Source: Pseudomonas phage 201phi2-1. Taken from it: a stretch of DNA of 40,000 nucleotides. Shown here piece by piece: positions 35,059 to 40,000 of the stretch. How positions within the stretch are numbered: the first letter of the stretch is position 1; each line of letters begins with the position of its first letter. Below the pieces are notes generated by a model. It did no database searches and was not told the origin of the DNA. It worked only from the letters and a program-made list of their open reading frames with translations. Where the stretch lies: sequence record EU197055.1; one strand, 5' to 3'. Both the position numbers and the translations under genes were made by a program.

Positions 35059-36358
35059 CGCCATTCTCCCAGCATTCAGCATCGTAGCTGATGACGATGG
35101 TCGACTGAGCCAGAAAAACCCACTCGGTACTCTGGCTCCATTGAGTATCGGTGGACAACGACTGGTACTCCCTTCTAAGGCTTGGCTGAAGAAGGGGTTC
35201 GGTGAAGACCACGTACCGTTCCACCCACTGTGTGAAGTAATGTCTCGTGAAGGCACTTCCCCAGTAATCCAGCTGCTCCAGCGTCAAGCTAAAGCGGTAA
35301 TCTCTTACAACGTATTCAGTCTGCTGCAAGGACTGATGAAAGTTGCAGTCGATAAAGAATCTCACAAGGATCTGCCAATCGAATGCACTGACTTCCTGAA
35401 GAAGCTGAGTAACGCTGACAAGACCACTGCTGAACTGCTGGACAAACTGTTGTCCGCCGCTACTAAGAAGAACCGTCTGCTGACTGTTTATCTTAAGAAT
35501 GGTGGTAAGTTTGATGGTAAGAAAGTTAACCGTTCGGCGATCATTCGATTCCCGATCATGGAAGACCTGCAAGCCGATCAAACCAACACTAACGTACTGG
35601 GGGTGACGATTCCTAAGAAACAGCGTCCTACCCTGATCGCTCTGTTCAAGTTGGTCCTGCCATTCGGTGATAACCCAGAGGAATATTCCTTTGGTACCGT
35701 AGCCCGTGTAGCACCATATTACACTGCACTGCTGACTGCATATCACAAGATCGCTACCGTGTTGAATCAGTCGATCAATACGTATGGTGAGAAGCTTAAC
35801 ATCCCTGTTCGTCCAATCGAATTGTTTGATCTGGACTGCATCGATGAGTTCTCCAAGATCTATAACGAACTGCCAGCATTGAATGGTAACGAAGGTACCA
35901 CCAAAGAGCAGGATCTGGAAGCGAGTGAAACTGTTGTACCGAAGAAGCAGCTTCGTGCTACTGAAACGGTTGCGCAGGTAGCCCGTAATGAGAACAAGCC
36001 TGTAGAAACGCTGACCGAAGCATTGGTAACACGCGGATCTAATGGTGCATCGATGGACGACTTCATGAAAGCCATCAATCCACAGCCTCAGTTTAACCAG
36101 TATCCTCAGGCAACTCCACCGTCTAATGGTTATTTCCCACAAGGGCAATTCCCACAGCACAACGGTTTCAATAACGTAACCGGTTACGGTAACAATGGCT
36201 ATCCGACGCAACAACCTCCAGTTGGTAACCCATATGCACCGATTCCAACGGCTGCTCCATGGGAACAACAGCAACAAGGTAGCTGGGGTGGTGGACCAGC
36301 TAACCCATTCATGGCAGCTACTGCCACCGGTCGCGGTAACGGTATGGGTCTGATCTAA
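35033..36358 (+). CDS. hypothetical protein with Pro/Gln/Gly/Asn-rich C-terminal tail (phiKZ gp70 position)
   Basis: 441-aa ORF overlapping the previous gene by 26 nt; low-complexity C-terminus. Confidence 0.7.
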   Translation: MSQTLASYNAILPAFSIVADDDGRLSQKNPLGTLAPLSIGGQRLVLPSKAWLKKGFGEDHVPFHPLCEVMSREGTSPVIQLLQRQAKAVISYNVFSLLQGLMKVAVDKESHKDLPIECTDFLKKLSNADKTTAELLDKLLSAATKKNRLLTVYLKNGGKFDGKKVNRSAIIRFPIMEDLQADQTNTNVLGVTIPKKQRPTLIALFKLVLPFGDNPEEYSFGTVARVAPYYTALLTAYHKIATVLNQSINTYGEKLNIPVRPIELFDLDCIDEFSKIYNELPALNGNEGTTKEQDLEASETVVPKKQLRATETVAQVARNENKPVETLTEALVTRGSNGASMDDFMKAINPQPQFNQYPQATPPSNGYFPQGQFPQHNGFNNVTGYGNNGYPTQQPPVGNPYAPIPTAAPWEQQQQGSWGGGPANPFMAATATGRGNGMGLI

Positions 36359-36368
36359 ACGGCATAAG

Positions 36369-36388
36369 CTGGGGTCTTCGGACCCCAG
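36369..36388. terminator. bidirectional terminator
   Basis: CTGGGGTC-TTCG-GACCCCAG between convergent genes. Confidence 0.8.
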
Positions 36389-36415
36389 TCTATACCTTCT
36401 TTTTTACGCGGGTTT

Positions 36416-36793
36416 TTATGACCGACGAAGCGTCATGTAGTATTGTTGGATCTCAGCTATTGCGTTAGGGTGTGGTTCCAGTAACTTAGGAATACTGCCG
36501 TCGGAATAGACATCTCTTAAAGATGCACCAAACTGTTGCGGGTGAGTCATGCCATTGACTCGTAACATAACCCAAAACATTTCCGCCCGGTAACCTTTAT
36601 ATAGAAGGAAGCCATAGAAATCACTTTCAAACTGATAATACTCATCACCAGTGATATCTTTTGGTATGGCATAGATCGTTCTTAATTGAGGGAGATGCAT
36701 TTCGATAATGTGTTGGAACAAAGGTTCGTAGAACATACTTGGTCCAGGTTTAAGCATCTGATTAACAATAGTAAATGCCATTGGAGTCTCCAT
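36416..36793 (-). CDS. hypothetical protein, 125 aa
   Basis: Only substantial ORF in the interval; flanked by terminator and early-type promoter motif. Confidence 0.75.
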   Translation of the reverse strand: METPMAFTIVNQMLKPGPSMFYEPLFQHIIEMHLPQLRTIYAIPKDITGDEYYQFESDFYGFLLYKGYRAEMFWVMLRVNGMTHPQQFGASLRDVYSDGSIPKLLEPHPNAIAEIQQYYMTLRRS

Positions 36794-36800
36794 AGATTTT

Positions 36801-36825
36801 ATTTGAGATTTATATTACTAAAGTG
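36801..36825 (+). promoter_or_regulatory. early-type promoter motif
   Basis: ATTTGAGATTTATATTACT-AAA-GTG. Confidence 0.75.
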
Positions 36826-36846
36826 TCTATATGGTTGGAGGATTAA

Positions 36847-37026
36847 ATGTCGGAATCATTAGAACGGGTCATAAGTAAAAAATTACCTGACGGCAAACTA
36901 TATGTAGAGGAAACTAACTTGAGTGAACATTGGCATCGGCATGTTAAAGAACATGGTCCGGGGCCAGAGGCTTATGCCCTTTACAACATAGTGATGTGTT
37001 ACTTTGAGGAACATAAGAATGATTGA
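36847..37026 (+). CDS. 59-aa ORF, not in the supplied track
   Basis: MSESLERVISKKLPDGKLYVEETNLSEHWHRHVKEHGPGPEAYALYNIVMCYFEEHKND*; overlaps the RNAP start. Confidence 0.6.
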   Translation: MSESLERVISKKLPDGKLYVEETNLSEHWHRHVKEHGPGPEAYALYNIVMCYFEEHKND

Positions 37027-39130
37027 ACAGAAGCGCGTAGTCCGTGAATTGAAGAACCGTTATGTAGGTAACGGTATTATCGATCCATGGCTAGGTACGA
37101 CATCCGCAGCTCGCGGCGCAATGTTGCTGGGCCAGATTACTCAGGCTCCTACAATCATTGGGGCGGAACAACGACTCTTTCAAACCGGTGGTGAGCTACG
37201 CTTCGGTGAACATAACTTCGATGTACGTATTCCAGAAGACTGTCAGATTCTGAACGTGGTTCGAAAGTATCCAACTGGTATGGGTGCAGATGCTATTCGA
37301 CATAACCCAGAGACTACGATCGTTTATGAGAACTATTACGATGAGTTCAAAACTGTAGGTATCGTTAAGGTACCCGAGTTCATGAGCTTTCACCAGACGT
37401 TTGGTTTTAAGCTTAATAAAGCTAAAGACGTTTGGGATAACATTCATCCGGGTGCAATGGTTTCCAAAGATACCATTCTGGCCGAGTCGGCGGGTAAGTC
37501 TAAAGACGGTCACTTCTGTGCCGGTATGAACGTGAACGCATGTTTCATGTCGCACCATGCTACCATCGAGGACGGTTTCTGGATCTCTGATGAAATCCTT
37601 GAGCAATTCGCACCACACGCTTATGGTACAGCTATTGGTAGTTGTGGGCGAAAGAGCTTTCTGTTGAACGCTTATGGTAACAAACCATTCCCGGATATCG
37701 GCGATCGAATCCGAGAAGACGGTGTTGTCTTTGCCATGCGGGATCTGTCGGATGACTTGGCTCCAGCTGAGATGACTAAGCGTGCATTGTCTGATATCGA
37801 TCGTACCTTTGACCGTGTTGTAATCGGTGAACCAGGGGCTATCGTAAAAGACATCAAGATCTATCGTGATGAACGGCAGAACCCTAGTTTCATTCCATCT
37901 GGGATGGAGCCACAACTGGTTAAGTATTACGATGCTCTGTGCATGTACTATCGTGAAATTCTTCGCATCTATAATGACCTGAAGAAAAAGCGTAAAGATC
38001 GCCTGCGTATTTCTGATGAGTTCAACCAACTGATCGTAGAAGCACTGATCTATCTACCGCAAGCTGAAGGCCAACGTAAGCTGACTCGTATGTATCGTCT
38101 TGAGCCTCTGGACGAATGGCGCATCGAGATCACTTATGAATCCCTGAAGCAACCAGGTGGTGCTTACAAGATCACTGACTTCTTCGGTGGTAAAGGTGTA
38201 GTATGTAAGACTTCTCCACGGTCTGAAATGCCAAGGGATGAGTTCGGTAATATAGCTGACGTGGTGATCTTCGGTGGTTCGACCATGCGTCGATCTAACT
38301 ATGGTCGGATTTATGAACATGGCTTCGGTGCTACTGTTCGTGATCTGTGTCAGCGTCTGCGGGTAGAGGCTGGATTTGATCGTCATGCTGAATTGAATAA
38401 CATTGATTTCGCACAGTCCAAAGCATTTAATGATCCGGCATGGATCGAGTATGCATTCAACGAGTTCCAAGAACTCTGGTGGATCATTGCTCCAACCATG
38501 CATGAAATCATGAAAGAGCATCCGAACCATAAAGAATACGTTAAGTCGGCGCTGCGTCAAGGTACTACTGTTGTTTATACACCGATCGATGATACCACTC
38601 ACTTGCCAACTGCAATGAATACTATCATCAACACCAAGTTCCGTCCGAACTATACTCCAGTTACTTATACTGATCCAGGTGGACGTGTGGTAACCACTAA
38701 GAACAACGTTCTGATTGGTCCACTGTACATGATGCTGTTGGAGAAGATTGGTGATGACTGGTCATCTGTAGCTTCTGTAAAAGTTCAACAGTTTGGTCTG
38801 CCGTCCAAGCTGAACAACTTTGACCGTTCCAGTACTCCTGGTCGTGAATCTGCTGTCCGGTCGTTCGGTGAGTCTGAGACTCGTTCGTATAACTGCACTG
38901 TAGGTCCTGAACCTACCATGGAATTGGTTGACCAGACCAACAATCCATTGGCTCACGTTGAAGTCGTTGAACAGTTCTTGACTCAAGAGAAACCGACCCG
39001 TATTGATCGGGCTGTCGATCGGAAGAAGATTCCGTTCGGTAACTCTCGTCCAGTCAGTCTGCTGAACCACATGATGCAAACTCGCGGTATTGAATTTAAA
39101 TATGCGTCGAGTCCATCGGCATCGCACTAA
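37019..39130 (+). CDS. phage RNA polymerase beta-like subunit, C-terminal part (phiKZ gp71/73-like, inferred)
   Basis: FFGGKGVVCKTSPRSEMP resembles the conserved GNKGV lysine region; QFGLPSKLNNFDRSSTPGRESAVRSFGESETRSYN resembles the beta C-terminal region. Track start 37004 is TTG; ATG is 37019. Confidence 0.85.
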   Translation: MIEQKRVVRELKNRYVGNGIIDPWLGTTSAARGAMLLGQITQAPTIIGAEQRLFQTGGELRFGEHNFDVRIPEDCQILNVVRKYPTGMGADAIRHNPETTIVYENYYDEFKTVGIVKVPEFMSFHQTFGFKLNKAKDVWDNIHPGAMVSKDTILAESAGKSKDGHFCAGMNVNACFMSHHATIEDGFWISDEILEQFAPHAYGTAIGSCGRKSFLLNAYGNKPFPDIGDRIREDGVVFAMRDLSDDLAPAEMTKRALSDIDRTFDRVVIGEPGAIVKDIKIYRDERQNPSFIPSGMEPQLVKYYDALCMYYREILRIYNDLKKKRKDRLRISDEFNQLIVEALIYLPQAEGQRKLTRMYRLEPLDEWRIEITYESLKQPGGAYKITDFFGGKGVVCKTSPRSEMPRDEFGNIADVVIFGGSTMRRSNYGRIYEHGFGATVRDLCQRLRVEAGFDRHAELNNIDFAQSKAFNDPAWIEYAFNEFQELWWIIAPTMHEIMKEHPNHKEYVKSALRQGTTVVYTPIDDTTHLPTAMNTIINTKFRPNYTPVTYTDPGGRVVTTKNNVLIGPLYMMLLEKIGDDWSSVASVKVQQFGLPSKLNNFDRSSTPGRESAVRSFGESETRSYNCTVGPEPTMELVDQTNNPLAHVEVVEQFLTQEKPTRIDRAVDRKKIPFGNSRPVSLLNHMMQTRGIEFKYASSPSASH

Positions 39131-39140
39131 GAGGTAATGC

Positions 39141-40000
39141 ATGCGTAAGTTGAATGTATATGATGCACGCGCACTGGTCAACATGTCTTATGATGACCTA
39201 TACGCAATCCCGTCTGAATGGCATACCATCAAGTTTGCCGATGGTGAACTGACTGTAAAAGATCGGATCACTAAACTAACCGCTTGGCTGTGGAGTCCCT
39301 TTCGGGGATTCCCAGACGTACCAATCCTTAAGGAACATCATCTAAACGATCAACGCGTAACTGCTAAATCTTTGGTGAAGCTGGTTGAGAAAATCATCTG
39401 GCATATCCATGCAACTAACCCAACACCAGTAGATCCTGAACTGTTGGCACGCTTGGCGATTGAAGCTACTAACAACTTCTATAACCAAGCAACCATTCAG
39501 CTGGGTGAGTACGTTGCAACACTCAGTATGTTTGAGATCAATGAACTATGGTGGCATCCTCGTGTTCGGGAAGCTAACACTGATATCGATCCAACGACTT
39601 ATGGTATCGAACAAGTCTGCTATAAAGAGCTTAAAGACGTGTTCATGGACCCAGGTGAGTTCAAGGGTAACTCCATCACTGAAGGTCTTAAGTCTGGTAC
39701 TCAAAAGCTGGATTCGTTGTATCAGGCATTCGGTGCTCGTGGTTTCCCAACTGACATCGACTCGGCGATCTTCCCTGAACCGGTACTGACTGGTTACATC
39801 GAAGGTATCTGGGGGCTCTATGAAAACATGGTTGAGTCTCGGTCTGGTACCAAAGCTCTTCTATATAACAAAGAGTTGTTGCGTGTAACCGAGTACTTTA
39901 ACCGGAAGTCTCAGCTGATCGCTCAGTATGTAAACCATCTGCATTATGGTGACTGTGGTGCCGAGTATATCTCCTTCCCGGTGATGAAAGGTTATCTCAA
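39141..40000 (+). CDS. phage RNA polymerase beta'-like subunit, C-terminal part, partial (phiKZ gp74-like, inferred)
   Basis: Open from ATG 39141 to window end: ...SGTQKLDSLYQAFGARGFPTDID...ESRSGTKALLYNKELLRVTEYFNRKSQLIAQYVNHLHYGDCGAEY..., resembling the beta' bridge-helix/trigger-loop region. Confidence 0.85.
   Translation, partial: MRKLNVYDARALVNMSYDDLYAIPSEWHTIKFADGELTVKDRITKLTAWLWSPFRGFPDVPILKEHHLNDQRVTAKSLVKLVEKIIWHIHATNPTPVDPELLARLAIEATNNFYNQATIQLGEYVATLSMFEINELWWHPRVREANTDIDPTTYGIEQVCYKELKDVFMDPGEFKGNSITEGLKSGTQKLDSLYQAFGARGFPTDIDSAIFPEPVLTGYIEGIWGLYENMVESRSGTKALLYNKELLRVTEYFNRKSQLIAQYVNHLHYGDCGAEYISFPVMKGYL

Noticed and set aside
33487-36277. 391-aa and 421-aa minus-strand ORFs (33487-34662, 35012-36277)
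   Set aside because: Antisense to well-supported + strand genes with high codon bias; repetitive, low-quality protein character.
37196-38029. 277-aa minus-strand ORF
   Set aside because: Antisense to the RNAP beta-like gene.
1-40000. Search by eye for tRNA genes, CRISPR arrays, transposases/integrases and toxin-antitoxin or restriction systems
   Set aside because: No cloverleaf with CCA-type end, no regularly spaced repeats and no recognisable recombinase, HNH/GIY-YIG or methylase motifs were found; a tRNAscan-SE and HMM run would be needed to exclude them formally.

Overview
The window looks like the early/replication-transcription part of a phiKZ-like, nucleus-forming jumbo phage genome, probably a Pseudomonas phage close to 201phi2-1. 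It is densely packed and mostly + strand. Family-level anchors read directly from the protein sequences are: (i) an RNA polymerase beta'-like subunit with the catalytic NADFDGD motif (21484-22947); (ii) an RNAP beta C-terminal-like subunit (37019-39130), followed directly by an RNAP beta' C-terminal-like subunit that runs off the window (39141-end); (iii) a divergent family B DNA polymerase with KINNNSYSG and DTDS motifs (8106-10253); (iv) an SbcD/Mre11-like metallophosphoesterase (28861-30021). A 631-aa, strongly codon-biased ORF (18714-20609) with its own early-type promoter lies just upstream of the beta' gene. I interpret it as the phage-nucleus shell protein chimallin (ChmA). The gene order at 31787-39141 onward matches my recollection of phiKZ gp68-gp69-gp70-gp71/73-gp74, which suggests an nvRNAP specificity subunit and an Imp1/PicA-like nuclear import factor. 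I also find a recurring promoter-like motif (TATATTACT-N3-GTG, 6 exact copies plus 1 variant), about ten terminator hairpins, three isolated minus-strand genes in the same architectural context, a 12-bp hairpin that buries a start codon, a multi-hairpin region downstream of the putative chmA, and several small paralogous gene arrays. No tRNA, CRISPR array or transposon was recognised. All homology statements come from motif reading and recalled gene order; no database search was run.
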